A stretch of DNA of 64,000 nt, taken from Bacteriovoracaceae bacterium. Its GTDB lineage: Bacteria > Bdellovibrionota > Bacteriovoracia > Bacteriovoracales > Bacteriovoracaceae. The position numbers were made by a program, and so were the translations under genes. Every line of letters starts with the position of its first letter. Position 1 is the stretch's first letter. The notes under the pieces were generated by a model, which saw only the letters and a list, made by a program, of their open reading frames with translations, did no database searches and was not told the DNA's origin. Shown piece by piece: positions 49,259 to 59,527 of the stretch. The stretch spans positions 2,400,146 through 2,464,145 of the forward strand of contig OZ244226.1 of assembly GCA_965217035.1 (NCBI GenBank), written 5' to 3'.

Positions 49259-50103
49259 TGCTTTTTCACTTTATGGATAAAGGAGTTGCTTGTAAAGAGA
49301 ATGATGCCTAGCCAAACAAGCGCATAGGCCCAAATTTGATAGGTTTCAAAAGGCTCATTATAGATAAATCTCCCTACTAAGAACTGCCCAAGAGGGGCTA
49401 AATATTGAAGAACTCCTAATGTGGTAAGTTTTATGGTTTGAGCTGCCTTGGCAAAGAAATGGAGAGGTAAATAGGTGAAAAAACCTGCTGTGATAAGGTA
49501 GGGAAGTTTCCCAAAAGGTAAATTTTGTATCATCCCTTCATTTAAGAGAATATAAATAAGGCAAAAAGGAATAATAAAAAGTGTTTCGTAAAAAAGAGAA
49601 ACTTGTGGAATGAGTTTAACTTGTTTTTTTATGAGCCCATAAACGGCAAATGTGATCGCCAATGTGAGACTAATCCAAGGAAGTCCGGCTCGGTTTGATA
49701 AAATGAAGATGGCAGAGATAAAACAAACAAGTGCGACTATTTGAATAGGCCCCACTTTTTCTTTGAGCCAAAAAAAGCCAATGAAGAAACTAAAAAGAGG
49801 TCCCATAAAATACCCCAAACTTCCCTGAAGAACTTGAGAACTATTAACCGCATAAATGAAAACAAGCCAATTAATCGCAATTAAAATACTCGCGGTGATA
49901 ACTTTTTTTATGGGAATATATTTAAAGTTAATTTGATCAATTTTTTTTTGGGTTAATAACAAAAGAAGAATACTCAAAAAGGTAAGGATAATTCTCCATG
50001 CAATTAGCTCTGCAGAAGGGATCAATTTTAATTGTTTCCAAAAGAGAGGGGAAATCCCCCATAATCCAAAGGCCAAAATAGCGTTTGTAATTCCTTGAGA
50101 CAT
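49255..50103 (-). CDS. rarD: RarD EamA-family transporter
   Basis: LIAINW..FIYAVN, SLGYF, LQYLAP. Confidence 0.88.
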   Translation of the reverse strand: MSQGITNAILAFGLWGISPLFWKQLKLIPSAELIAWRIILTFLSILLLLLTQKKIDQINFKYIPIKKVITASILIAINWLVFIYAVNSSQVLQGSLGYFMGPLFSFFIGFFWLKEKVGPIQIVALVCFISAIFILSNRAGLPWISLTLAITFAVYGLIKKQVKLIPQVSLFYETLFIIPFCLIYILLNEGMIQNLPFGKLPYLITAGFFTYLPLHFFAKAAQTIKLTTLGVLQYLAPLGQFLVGRFIYNEPFETYQIWAYALVWLGIILFTSNSFIHKVKKQ

Positions 50104-51075
50104 TTAAACTTCTGAAAGCAAATAACTTGAATCAAAATCAAGCTTGAAGGGAATATTTTCATTCAGGTTTAATTTAGTTTTTGAATACCCAAGATAGGTT
50201 CTTTCTTTGAACTCAATAATATTCAAATAGCGACCAAAGTCGAAATAGGATTCAAGAACTTTTCCCTGGAGATCTCCTTCTCCACAATAAAATGGATCCA
50301 ATACAAGTAAACCTTCTTGTTCTACTTCTTGGGAAAAAAGAAGTTTTCCAAATTCCGAATTTTTATTTCCCCGAGAAATGAGAATTAGGTTTTTCTTTCC
50401 TACAAATTTTGCAACAAATCGATTCCTTGGTTTTTGAATGAGTTCTTCCGGAGATCCAGTTTGCTGGACTCGTCCATATTCTAAAAGAATAAGATTTTCA
50501 GCATAGCGAAGAGTATCTTCTAGCAATTGTGTCGCCCAAATGACAGTAATAGACTTTTCTCTTACTACTCTTTGAAGCGCATTCAACATATTATGGCGAT
50601 TTTGCCAGTCAAGACCGTTGAAGGCCTCATCCAGGAGAATTAATTCAGGATCATTCATAAGAAGGCCGGCAAGCCAAAGCCGCTGACTTTCACCGCGAGA
50701 AATTTTATCCGTATTTTGTTGAATGATATGAGTTATCTCGAAGTCATGAAGTAATTCTCGAGCTTTATTAATCGCCTCATATTCTTCCTTCTCTTCACCT
50801 ATAAATTTAGAAGTTAAATAATCGATGGCGCTTAGATTTGGGGTTTGGAGTTCAGCTTGTTTTCTAAAAACAATTCGCGAGATGTCGGGTGTTTTTACTA
50901 AGCCTGTTTGAGACTTTATTTGTCCTGAAAGCAAATTAAGAAGAGTTGATTTCCCTGACCCGCTAGGACCGATAAGAGCATTAAAACTTCCTCGATCAAC
51001 TTCTAAATTCAGTTTGCTAACGCCTGAAGGAGTTCTGGGATCATAGAGGAATTGAACATCTTTTAACCGAATCAT
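50104..51075 (-). CDS. ABC transporter ATP-binding protein
   Basis: GPSGSGKST, LLDEAF, PRNRFVAKFVG. Confidence 0.88.
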   Translation of the reverse strand: MIRLKDVQFLYDPRTPSGVSKLNLEVDRGSFNALIGPSGSGKSTLLNLLSGQIKSQTGLVKTPDISRIVFRKQAELQTPNLSAIDYLTSKFIGEEKEEYEAINKARELLHDFEITHIIQQNTDKISRGESQRLWLAGLLMNDPELILLDEAFNGLDWQNRHNMLNALQRVVREKSITVIWATQLLEDTLRYAENLILLEYGRVQQTGSPEELIQKPRNRFVAKFVGKKNLILISRGNKNSEFGKLLFSQEVEQEGLLVLDPFYCGEGDLQGKVLESYFDFGRYLNIIEFKERTYLGYSKTKLNLNENIPFKLDFDSSYLLSEV

Positions 51076-51524
51076 CTTTTTGTTATCATCCCAAGTCCGA
51101 ATAAAAGAAAAAAGACTCCAAATATTCTGGTTAAGCTCACTGGGCTTTGTGGAATATTGAATAATCCATAATGATCAATGATTAATGACATAATTAATTG
51201 ACCGGTCACAAAACTTCCAAGCAGAACAGTTGCTCCAATTTTTCCTATCAAAAAAATAGAGGTGATAACAAAACAAGAACCAAGTAACCCTCCAAGAAAA
51301 TACCATGATGGAGCTGACTTCAGGTTTTGGAAAGGAAAAGGTTGTTTTGTCGCGATGGCTGCAAGAACACAAATAAGAGTTCCAATAATGAAAGAAACAG
51401 CAGCACTTTGTAATGGGTGGTTGAGAATTTTGGCCAATTGAGAATTCACAGCTCCTTGGACAGGCATTAAGGTCCCAACCAATATAGCAATTGCTACATA
51501 GAGAGTTAAACTTGAAGAGTTCAT
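51072..51524 (-). CDS. DMT family transporter (YdcZ-like)
   Basis: QGAVNSQL, GGLLG, GQLIMSLIIDHYG. Confidence 0.88.
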   Translation of the reverse strand: MNSSSLTLYVAIAILVGTLMPVQGAVNSQLAKILNHPLQSAAVSFIIGTLICVLAAIATKQPFPFQNLKSAPSWYFLGGLLGSCFVITSIFLIGKIGATVLLGSFVTGQLIMSLIIDHYGLFNIPQSPVSLTRIFGVFFLLFGLGMITKR

Positions 51525-51527
51525 GAA

Positions 51528-51716
51528 TTAAGAGTTAAAAGTATCCTGTGTTAAGGCTTTTACTTTTTCTTTGAAATCACTAAAAAGGACTTCGTCAGTC
51601 GTAATTCCAAGTTCAGATTGAATCACTTCTTTTTTGATTCCTGTTACTTCTTCAAGCATTTCTAGAGAGACAGGAGTGTTTGAGTTCGTATTCAGGTTGA
51701 GAAGATCATCATTCAC
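51528..51716 (-). CDS. Small hypothetical protein
   Basis: 62-aa ORF co-oriented within the operon. Confidence 0.5.
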   Translation of the reverse strand: MNDDLLNLNTNSNTPVSLEMLEEVTGIKKEVIQSELGITTDEVLFSDFKEKVKALTQDTFNS

Positions 51717-51814
51717 GTGTATAGCCTTTTCTTATATGGTTAATTTTAAAATCTTAAATCACATTCCCAGAACTAAAGCAAGAAAGTTCCCTTGCTTTTT
51801 CGGAAACGTCGCAG

Positions 51815-53314
51815 CTAAATAAGGCCTGGAATTCCTTCGAGAGAAGAGCTTGTATCCTTGGTTTCGAGACTCGCTAGCGAGTGAACACAGGAATCAATCA
51901 TTGATACTCCGGCGGGTCTAAAGTTTCCTGAGGACTTCACACCCCCAAAAGGAAGTTTAGCGCTGGCGCCTACAGTCGAACGGTTCCAGTTAAAAATTCC
52001 TACATCAAGTTCACGACAACAGTAGTCATAATGTTTCATATTGTTAGTAAATAATGCGCCGGCTAAACCATATTCTGTGGCATTCGCGATTTCAACGGCC
52101 TGCTCCAGGTCTTGATAAGGAATGAGGGTACAGTGGGGGGCAAAGACTTCATCAAGGACAAATGAGTGTTGGTTCTGATCAAATTTATTCAAAACGTGAA
52201 TAGTAGGAGAGTAATAATACCCTTCGAATTGTAACTCTACTTTTTTAAAGTCGAGTAAACTTTCAGCTCCTTGGGACTCAACATTTTTAATATATTCGGT
52301 GTAAAGCTTTGCTGCATGATCATCAATAACAGGTCCCATAAACGGCATTGTTTTAAATTCAATAGGGTGATCAACATGAATACGCTCACTTAGATTTTTA
52401 AATTTCTCCGAGAACTCTTGGAAGATCTTTTCATGAACCAGAATTGTTCCAGTGGAAGTACATCTTTGACCTGAAGTTAAAAAACAAGCTTTAATAAGTT
52501 CACTTAAAGCATGTTCTTGGGGAGCATCCTCATGGACGATAGAACTATTTTTTCCACCTAATTCTAATGCTATTAATTTATCGAGTGAGTGAACAGTCGC
52601 TTCTTTAATTTTTAATCCAACATTCTTCGAACCAGTGAAGAAAACGCCTTTGATCGAAGAATGAGTGACTATATTATTCGCAACATCTCCCGCTCCGATG
52701 ACAAAGTTAATAACTCCTTCAGGGAAACCTGCTGTAGCCAAGCATTCAAACATAATTTGAGCCGAGTAAAGAGTCTTTTCAGATGGTTTAAAAATAATAG
52801 AATTTCCCATAAGAAGAGCACTTAAAATTTGTCCATTAGCTAAATGGCAAGGGAAGTTAAAAGGACCAATAACAAAGCAAGGTCCAAGAGGTTTGTAGAG
52901 AATATGACCTTCAATATTCGGCATAATATTAGAAATATGTTTATTCTGAACTCTCGAAAAAGATTCTCCGATAGTAACGTTTACTTTATTAGCCAGCGCG
53001 GCAGCTTCAGTTTTAGCTTCCCAAAGAGGCTTTCCAACTTCTAAAGCAAGGGCGATGGCAATCTCGTCTTCGCGCTTTTTTACTTCTTCTTGGTATTTTA
53101 AAAGGATGTTTTTTCGTTCTTCGAGAGAGATCTTTTTCCAAGTTTGAAACCCTTTTACTGCAGATTGAACAATAGCATCACAAATATTGGGGTCATAGTC
53201 CGTTTCCCATAATTTATCTTGAAGATTAGCAGGGGAGACTTTTTCTAAAGTTTGAGGACCTGAAGTTTCATGGAATCTTCCATCAAAATAATGACCTTTT
53301 AATTGGAATTTCAT
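51815..53314 (-). CDS. astD: Aldehyde dehydrogenase, succinylglutamate-semialdehyde dehydrogenase-like
   Basis: GPFNFPCHLANG, KPSE, ELGG, GQRCT, PFGGVKSSGNFRP. Confidence 0.75.
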   Translation of the reverse strand: MKFQLKGHYFDGRFHETSGPQTLEKVSPANLQDKLWETDYDPNICDAIVQSAVKGFQTWKKISLEERKNILLKYQEEVKKREDEIAIALALEVGKPLWEAKTEAAALANKVNVTIGESFSRVQNKHISNIMPNIEGHILYKPLGPCFVIGPFNFPCHLANGQILSALLMGNSIIFKPSEKTLYSAQIMFECLATAGFPEGVINFVIGAGDVANNIVTHSSIKGVFFTGSKNVGLKIKEATVHSLDKLIALELGGKNSSIVHEDAPQEHALSELIKACFLTSGQRCTSTGTILVHEKIFQEFSEKFKNLSERIHVDHPIEFKTMPFMGPVIDDHAAKLYTEYIKNVESQGAESLLDFKKVELQFEGYYYSPTIHVLNKFDQNQHSFVLDEVFAPHCTLIPYQDLEQAVEIANATEYGLAGALFTNNMKHYDYCCRELDVGIFNWNRSTVGASAKLPFGGVKSSGNFRPAGVSMIDSCVHSLASLETKDTSSSLEGIPGLI

Positions 53315-53916
53315 TGATATTTCTCCTTAAGGGTTTTAAGCAATTGTTTAGCCTGCTTTTTCAAATCATTTTCGGTCCCTGAGTTTTCAAGAACATAATC
53401 CGATTTCTCTTTCTTCTCACTCCAGGGCATTTGTGATTGGATAATATTATTTGCTTGCTCTGTCGTAAGCTTGCTTCTGGTCATAAGTCTTTCTTTTTGA
53501 AGTCCAACCGGGCAAAGAACTAAAATAATCTCATCAAATAGTGATTGCTTACTCTTTTCAAAGAGGAGTGGAATTTCATAAAAGAAAAAAGCTGGCATCG
53601 AAGCAGGGAGTCTCTTTTGAAACTCTTCTTCCATGCGAGGGTATAAAAAGCTTTCTAACTGTTTTAAGATTTCGGGATCTTTGAAGGCGTCGTTACTAAG
53701 AGTTTTACGATCAATTTTTCCTTTTACTAAATATTTTGGAAGGCTGTCATGAAACCATTGGAAGGTTTCAGGTTTCTCATAAATATTATGAATGATTTGA
53801 TCAGCAGAAAGGACCAATTCTCCCTCCTTTCTGAAAAGCTCAGATAAAGTCGATTTACCGGAAGCAACTCCTCCCGTGATAGCAATAAGAGGTGTTTGAA
53901 TATTATAGAGTCTCAT
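53311..53916 (-). CDS. coaE: Dephospho-CoA kinase
   Basis: ITGGVASGKST, EIPLLFE, SQMP. Confidence 0.92.
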   Translation of the reverse strand: MRLYNIQTPLIAITGGVASGKSTLSELFRKEGELVLSADQIIHNIYEKPETFQWFHDSLPKYLVKGKIDRKTLSNDAFKDPEILKQLESFLYPRMEEEFQKRLPASMPAFFFYEIPLLFEKSKQSLFDEIILVLCPVGLQKERLMTRSKLTTEQANNIIQSQMPWSEKKEKSDYVLENSGTENDLKKQAKQLLKTLKEKYQ

Positions 53917-54706
53917 TTGATTTTACTTTTTTCCAATAAGATTCCTTGTCTTCTCTTGAGAGAGAGTCAAAATCTTTTTTATCTTTCTTTACGAGTTCAA
54001 TGAGTTCTTGAAATCGTCCTTGAAACTTTTGATTGGCTTTATGAAGAGTAATTTCAGGATCATAACCAAGATGTCTTGCTAATTGAGCAGAGGTAAAGAG
54101 AAAGTCCCCAAGTTCTTCCTCTACTTTGTTTTCAAAAAGTGGATTTGAGCTTTGACTTGATTGTTTCGCTTCTTTTAATTCAAGAAACTCTTCATTCACC
54201 TTTTCAAAAACTTCTTGTTTATTATCCCAATCAAAGTCTATTTTATTTGAACGTTTTCCAATTTTATAAGAAGCATGAAGCGATGGGTTATTAAGGTCCT
54301 GATCAGGAAAGTAAGGTTTATTCTTTTTCCCTTCTTTATTCTTTATTTCGTTCCATTGTTTATGAAGATCATTTATTGAAGGTCTGTTTTTTTCTGGATT
54401 ATTAAAGACATGAGGATGTCGTCTGATCATTTTTTCAGAAAGAGTATTGCAGACGTCTTCTATTGAGAATTTTCCTTCTTCCGATTTTATCTGAGCATGT
54501 AGGAGAATTTGAAGAAGGACATCTCCCAATTCCTCTTTTATATTTTCAGAGTCATTTTTCAAAAGCACTGAGAGAAGTTCATAGCTTTCTTCAATGAGGT
54601 AAGGAGTCAAAGTTTCATGAGTCTGCTCAAGATCCCATGGGCAACCACCATCAGGGTCTCTGAGTTTCGCAATGACATTTTTGACGTTATCGAAATAGTG
54701 TTGCAT
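53903..54706 (-). CDS. mazG: Nucleoside triphosphate pyrophosphohydrolase
   Basis: LRDPDGGCPWDLEQT, EELGDVLLQ, RRHPHVF. Confidence 0.95.
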   Translation of the reverse strand: MQHYFDNVKNVIAKLRDPDGGCPWDLEQTHETLTPYLIEESYELLSVLLKNDSENIKEELGDVLLQILLHAQIKSEEGKFSIEDVCNTLSEKMIRRHPHVFNNPEKNRPSINDLHKQWNEIKNKEGKKNKPYFPDQDLNNPSLHASYKIGKRSNKIDFDWDNKQEVFEKVNEEFLELKEAKQSSQSSNPLFENKVEEELGDFLFTSAQLARHLGYDPEITLHKANQKFQGRFQELIELVKKDKKDFDSLSREDKESYWKKVKSNETL

Positions 54707-54720
54707 CGTACTTCCAAGTA

Positions 54721-54780
54721 TCGGGAGCCTGGAATCTGGAATCAGTCTTTGACTCCTGACTCCCGACTCCGGTTTCCTGA
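54721..54780. repeat. Inverted pair of short heptamer tandem arrays
   Basis: (CCTGGAA)(TCTGGAA) facing (GACTCCT)(GACTCCC)(GACTCCG). Confidence 0.55.
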
Positions 54781-54803
54781 GTTGTATTGTAACGAGGATT
54801 ATC

Positions 54804-55322
54804 TTGATTTCCCAATTTGAGTTAGAAATTTCTGGTATAGATTTAAGTGAGTCTACTCTTGGTCAGAAACGAGAGTTATCTAAAAAGCTTTTAGTTGAAT
54901 CGAGTCAATTTTTTTTGAACTCTTATTTTGAAAATAAGCTTAAAGAGAATCAATTATTCTCCTGCCATCTAAAAATTGTTGATTCCCAGGAGATTCAACA
55001 GCTGAATAAAGATTTTCGCGGTAAGGATAAACCAACTGATGTTTTAAGTTTTCCAATCTTTGAAGATTTAAGAAATAACCCGAAAGATCTTGAAAGTTTC
55101 ATGAGGCTCGAGCTAGGAGACATCTTCATTTGTTGGGATATTTTATTGCAACAAGCTAAAGAATTTGAGCTTCAACCTTGGGAAGAGCTTCTTCACCTCT
55201 ATATTCATGGATTTCTCCATCTGGCAGGCTTTGATCACGATTTAGGACCTAGTGAACAAAAGTTAATGGAAGATTGGGAAAAAGAAACCTTACTCTTTTC
55301 ATCTAGTATTCTAAGCCGTTAG
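54804..55322 (+). CDS. ybeY: rRNA maturation RNase
   Basis: RGKDKPTDVLSFP, LGDIFI, HGFLHLAGFDH. Confidence 0.95.
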   Translation: MISQFELEISGIDLSESTLGQKRELSKKLLVESSQFFLNSYFENKLKENQLFSCHLKIVDSQEIQQLNKDFRGKDKPTDVLSFPIFEDLRNNPKDLESFMRLELGDIFICWDILLQQAKEFELQPWEELLHLYIHGFLHLAGFDHDLGPSEQKLMEDWEKETLLFSSSILSR

Positions 55323-55440
55323 AATAACTGAATTATTTTATACTTTTATTGTGCAAGGCAACGTGGAAAAAGGTTCATAATTTTCCCTCAAGCGTTGTGA
55401 GATGATAAAATAGAGTTAGGAAATTCAAGTACCTGCATGC

Positions 55441-56802
55441 TTGAAGGAGGGGGAGTTCATTAAGCTGGCAGTTAAAGATCTATGGAAGGTCTTATTAACC
55501 GTTCATTTTTTTTCAGTTTCAGTCGTGTTAGCCGGACCGGTTAAAAGACATTATACCAACTTTGCTTATCGACACAATGACTCAGCCGGACAGATCGGTG
55601 AGATTGATGGCAATAAGTGGTGGATGGATCTCAATTATTCCTATTATTACAGGAAGCCTTTTGTTGATCGTGAAGCGAAAGTCGAAATAGAGACTCGCTA
55701 TAACGATGCGAATTTTCTTCAGTTCTCTCTTAAAGAAGCGAGTATTACTCATCTTTGGAATAACGCTGAAGTGAGTTATGGTCGAATTTTAGTTGACTGG
55801 GTTGAAATCGATAGTGTTTGGGGATTAGGAAAAATTAATAACCGAGTCAATTTTGATTTCTTTCGTCCGGGACAAGAGGGCCTGTTTGGTTTTCGTTATA
55901 AGCACCAAATTTCAAAAAAATTTATGATCGATTTTTATGGCTCGCCTCTTCATGTTCCTGAGCTTAACCCTCCATTAAATATTGACTCAGATAGAGGAAC
56001 GATTACTTCTAAAAGTCCTTGGGCCCAAGTTCCTGATGCGACTGCAGATATTAGTGGAAACCCTGTTACTCTTTTCTACGATGTAAATACTCCAGATATT
56101 GGAGATATTCTTTTTAATGAGTCTTACGGAATTAATTTTCGTTTTTCTCCAAGGGAAGATTTGCACCTCACGAGTTTCTTTTTGAGGAAGCCAGAAAATG
56201 GACTTTCAAATACAGCGCAAGTTGAGTATGTTCCGGCCACTGATAGGGCGGAGGTAAACGTTAATCCTCAAATTTTTTACCATACACTTTATGGGGCTCA
56301 GATCACTTGGGAACCAAATCGTTCTTGGAAGCTTTATGCAAGTTATTATACATCAATACCAGGGGATAAGCCGGTCGATGATTCGCTCATCGTCGATAAT
56401 GATATTGGTGTTGGTATTAGTATTGAAAAGTTTCAAGAGCGTTATTTTGGAACAGGTTTTCATTATCACGGTGAAAGTTTGCGTGGAGGATTTAGTTTCC
56501 TCAATAGAGTAAGTGATTTTGAAAAAACAAATATTTTGACCCAGATTCCTCGTTGGAGCCAAGCGGTCAATGCAGTCTTTGATTATATCTACAGTCAGAC
56601 CTTACGATTTTCGATGGATCTAAAGTACGACACTTTAACATTTGATAGATTGTATAGTCTTTCTGTCGTGTATAAGCCCGATTACCAGTGGGAACTTATA
56701 GCTGGTGCGGATATTATCGGAACCCCAGACGTCGGAGACGGTTATTGGGTGGTGTTCCGGGACAATGACTCCATCTTTGCCCAGGTGAAGTATTTGTTTT
56801 AG
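55441..56802 (+). CDS. Outer-membrane beta-barrel protein
   Basis: Signal-like N-terminus, aromatic beta strands, C-terminal AQVKYLF. Confidence 0.7.
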   Translation: MKEGEFIKLAVKDLWKVLLTVHFFSVSVVLAGPVKRHYTNFAYRHNDSAGQIGEIDGNKWWMDLNYSYYYRKPFVDREAKVEIETRYNDANFLQFSLKEASITHLWNNAEVSYGRILVDWVEIDSVWGLGKINNRVNFDFFRPGQEGLFGFRYKHQISKKFMIDFYGSPLHVPELNPPLNIDSDRGTITSKSPWAQVPDATADISGNPVTLFYDVNTPDIGDILFNESYGINFRFSPREDLHLTSFFLRKPENGLSNTAQVEYVPATDRAEVNVNPQIFYHTLYGAQITWEPNRSWKLYASYYTSIPGDKPVDDSLIVDNDIGVGISIEKFQERYFGTGFHYHGESLRGGFSFLNRVSDFEKTNILTQIPRWSQAVNAVFDYIYSQTLRFSMDLKYDTLTFDRLYSLSVVYKPDYQWELIAGADIIGTPDVGDGYWVVFRDNDSIFAQVKYLF

Positions 56803-56832
56803 ACCGATGTAGGAAGCATCGATAGGTTAGTT

Positions 56833-59367
56833 ATGAAATGGATTTTTGTACAACTTTTAGCGCTCGCGACTATTCTGTCAGGGTGTGGCGATCTCAATGA
56901 CGGTAAGGCGGTAAACCCTAATAGGGTTATTGAAGAGCTTAAGGGAACTAACTGCGAAGTTAATACCGACAATCTCGAAAAAATACTTAGCGAACCAATC
57001 CCCGAAGACATTAATTGTATTTACGATCAACTTTCAGTTCTTATGAAGCTTGTAAGAACTGAAAGACCTGAGTTAGATGGTGGTAAAAATATCACAAGAC
57101 AAACTCTTGAAAACTTCATTGAAAAATATGTTCCAAATGCAGCAGAAGCTTTGGAATATTTTGATATTTTCTTCACTCTCAATGGGTTTATTTTTGGATC
57201 GGATGACGACATTCTGATTGAAGAAGATTTTAGAAGGCTTCGAGATTTTCTCATTATGGTGAATAGAGAGATCTCAGCAATATACCCTCATCTTGAAAAA
57301 CTTGATGAAGATGACAGAATCGGAATTCGATTTCATCTCAATATTAAAGAGCAGAAGATTCTTAAGACATTTAATTATATTGTGAGAGATGCCAGAACAA
57401 ATTCGGGAGAGAATATTTCTCTTTTAGGTCTTCTTGATATTAGACCAACGACTCAAAGAAAGCTTGATGTCCCAAACCTGATTCAACTTTTTGAAAATGA
57501 TGATAATTCGAAAACTATTGAAGAAATCAAAAACTTTGTATTTTTAAAACGTGTTCTAATGGGAGGATCAAAGATCTTCTTAGAGCATTCAGAGCTTATT
57601 TCATTTCTAAGAAATAATTTAGAAGAGTTTGTTGATTCTTTTTATGATCTTTATAGGCATAAGCATTTATCATTTGATAACGAATCAAAGCGATTTGAGT
57701 TGTATAACGAAAATCTTAATAGAATCAGAAGACTTATTTATTCTGCAGATGGTGAAAACTCGCTCGTTGACTTCTTTGATATCTTTAAAGTTTTAAATTT
57801 TTATCGATCCGATATTCTTGGAGAGTATAGTAAACTTGATTTTCAAACGATTGGAAAGGAATTGATAAGAATTAAACAAATTTTTCTTTCTGAACCCATT
57901 GGTGCTAATAAAGCTTATTTTAATCATTCTGACTTCATGAGTCTCTTAGATTTAGGAGCTGATGTTGTTGACCAAAGTATCGCAAACTCCAAGCTTTTTA
58001 ATGATAATAGAGATTATCTTCTAAGTAATAAAGGCAAGATCACTGATGGAAGTCAGCTGGTAACTGATCTTCCTGCGAATGATCCGAAATATACTTCGTT
58101 TCTAAAAGTTCTTATGAAAAATCGCTATTTCAAGGGTGATAATATTCTTCCTTCTTTTGGAAATGATATTGATCGAAATATTCAGGCAGTCAACCTTATT
58201 TCTGCTTTGAACTATGTTTCAGATATTATTTTTAGGTTTTATGAAAAACAATATCCTTGTAACTCGACTGAAGAGTTTGATGTTTATAATTATAAGAAAA
58301 CTCAAATTCACAAAGATCATCGTTGTGATGGTAAAGAAGATTATAGTTCAAGTTTAAACGCCGGCCAGCTTATCTTTGTTGTTCAAGAGTTTAGGAGCGT
58401 TCTTTACGAAACTAAAATCGTAAGTCAGACTCGTGAAGATAAAGCCGGTGAGAATGCTGCAAATATTCCCGATCTTTTTCTTGAGTCGGCAAATGATGAT
58501 GGTTTTCTTCAGTATTTTGAGTTTGTAGATTTTCTTCTTATCCTCTTTGATAGTATTGATATTCGAAAAGAAGTGATGCCTTATATTGCTGATCGTTGTC
58601 CAGTCGTTGATGATACTCCTGAGTTCTCTGGGGCTCGTTATGATACAATCTGTGTTCGAGATCGTTTTTACGAAACTTTTACTGAAACATTTGAAAAAGA
58701 TGGAAAGCAGTTCCGTTACTTTGATTTCTTTCCTAAGTTTGAAGAGAAATATAATAATTGGGTTGCTGATGGAAGGGATAAATTCTTAAGAAAGTACATC
58801 TTGCTCTTGGAAGGTTTTACAAAAGTTTGTAGTCCCTATGATAATTACCCTTATAGCCAAGCAGATGTAATGGGGCTTTATACAAGTGTTTTTACAGTAG
58901 AATCAACTTTAAATAAGTTTGATACAAATGGGGACAATGTTATCGATAAGAAAGAGGCTAAGAAGGCTTATAAGCATTTCAAAAGAGGTCTTAGATCTAT
59001 TCTTAAAGATCAGGGAGGGAAGATCTTTGGTGGTATCCTCGCTTCTTTTTCAAAACAGTTCTTTAAGTTTTTAACTGATAAGAAACGACTCCCATTTAAA
59101 GTGAGTGGATTCTTTAAAAATGTTCAGGATGTTATTGATCTTCTCGTGACTTATACTTTGAAACCTTTTAATGAGATTAATCGAGAGAAGATTATTACAG
59201 TTCTTTCAACTCTGCAGGATACAGGTGAACCTAAACGGAAGAAAAGACTTGGTGATCTTTATGAAAGTACACCTGACTATTGTGATCGAACGAACCCGGA
59301 CATTAACGAATTTGTGAATCGTGAATGGGGTTGTTATGTAGAAGGGAGAGAGGAACTTTGTCCCTAA
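56833..59367 (+). CDS. Large Cys-containing lipoprotein with EF-hand motif (paralog A)
   Basis: Lipobox LSGC; DTNGDNVIDKKE. Confidence 0.75.
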   Translation: MKWIFVQLLALATILSGCGDLNDGKAVNPNRVIEELKGTNCEVNTDNLEKILSEPIPEDINCIYDQLSVLMKLVRTERPELDGGKNITRQTLENFIEKYVPNAAEALEYFDIFFTLNGFIFGSDDDILIEEDFRRLRDFLIMVNREISAIYPHLEKLDEDDRIGIRFHLNIKEQKILKTFNYIVRDARTNSGENISLLGLLDIRPTTQRKLDVPNLIQLFENDDNSKTIEEIKNFVFLKRVLMGGSKIFLEHSELISFLRNNLEEFVDSFYDLYRHKHLSFDNESKRFELYNENLNRIRRLIYSADGENSLVDFFDIFKVLNFYRSDILGEYSKLDFQTIGKELIRIKQIFLSEPIGANKAYFNHSDFMSLLDLGADVVDQSIANSKLFNDNRDYLLSNKGKITDGSQLVTDLPANDPKYTSFLKVLMKNRYFKGDNILPSFGNDIDRNIQAVNLISALNYVSDIIFRFYEKQYPCNSTEEFDVYNYKKTQIHKDHRCDGKEDYSSSLNAGQLIFVVQEFRSVLYETKIVSQTREDKAGENAANIPDLFLESANDDGFLQYFEFVDFLLILFDSIDIRKEVMPYIADRCPVVDDTPEFSGARYDTICVRDRFYETFTETFEKDGKQFRYFDFFPKFEEKYNNWVADGRDKFLRKYILLLEGFTKVCSPYDNYPYSQADVMGLYTSVFTVESTLNKFDTNGDNVIDKKEAKKAYKHFKRGLRSILKDQGGKIFGGILASFSKQFFKFLTDKKRLPFKVSGFFKNVQDVIDLLVTYTLKPFNEINREKIITVLSTLQDTGEPKRKKRLGDLYESTPDYCDRTNPDINEFVNREWGCYVEGREELCP

Positions 59368-59527
59368 TGGCGAAAATTGGTCGCCTAACTATCTAAAATG
59401 ACTTTCTGGCAGATTTTGGACTGCTTTAAAAATCATCTCAATTTCATATAAAATATACAGGATAAATCCTTATAATTTCAATGGTTTAGCTTTGCTGAAA
59501 CGCTTCCTTGAGTCTTGAGGTCGGTTA

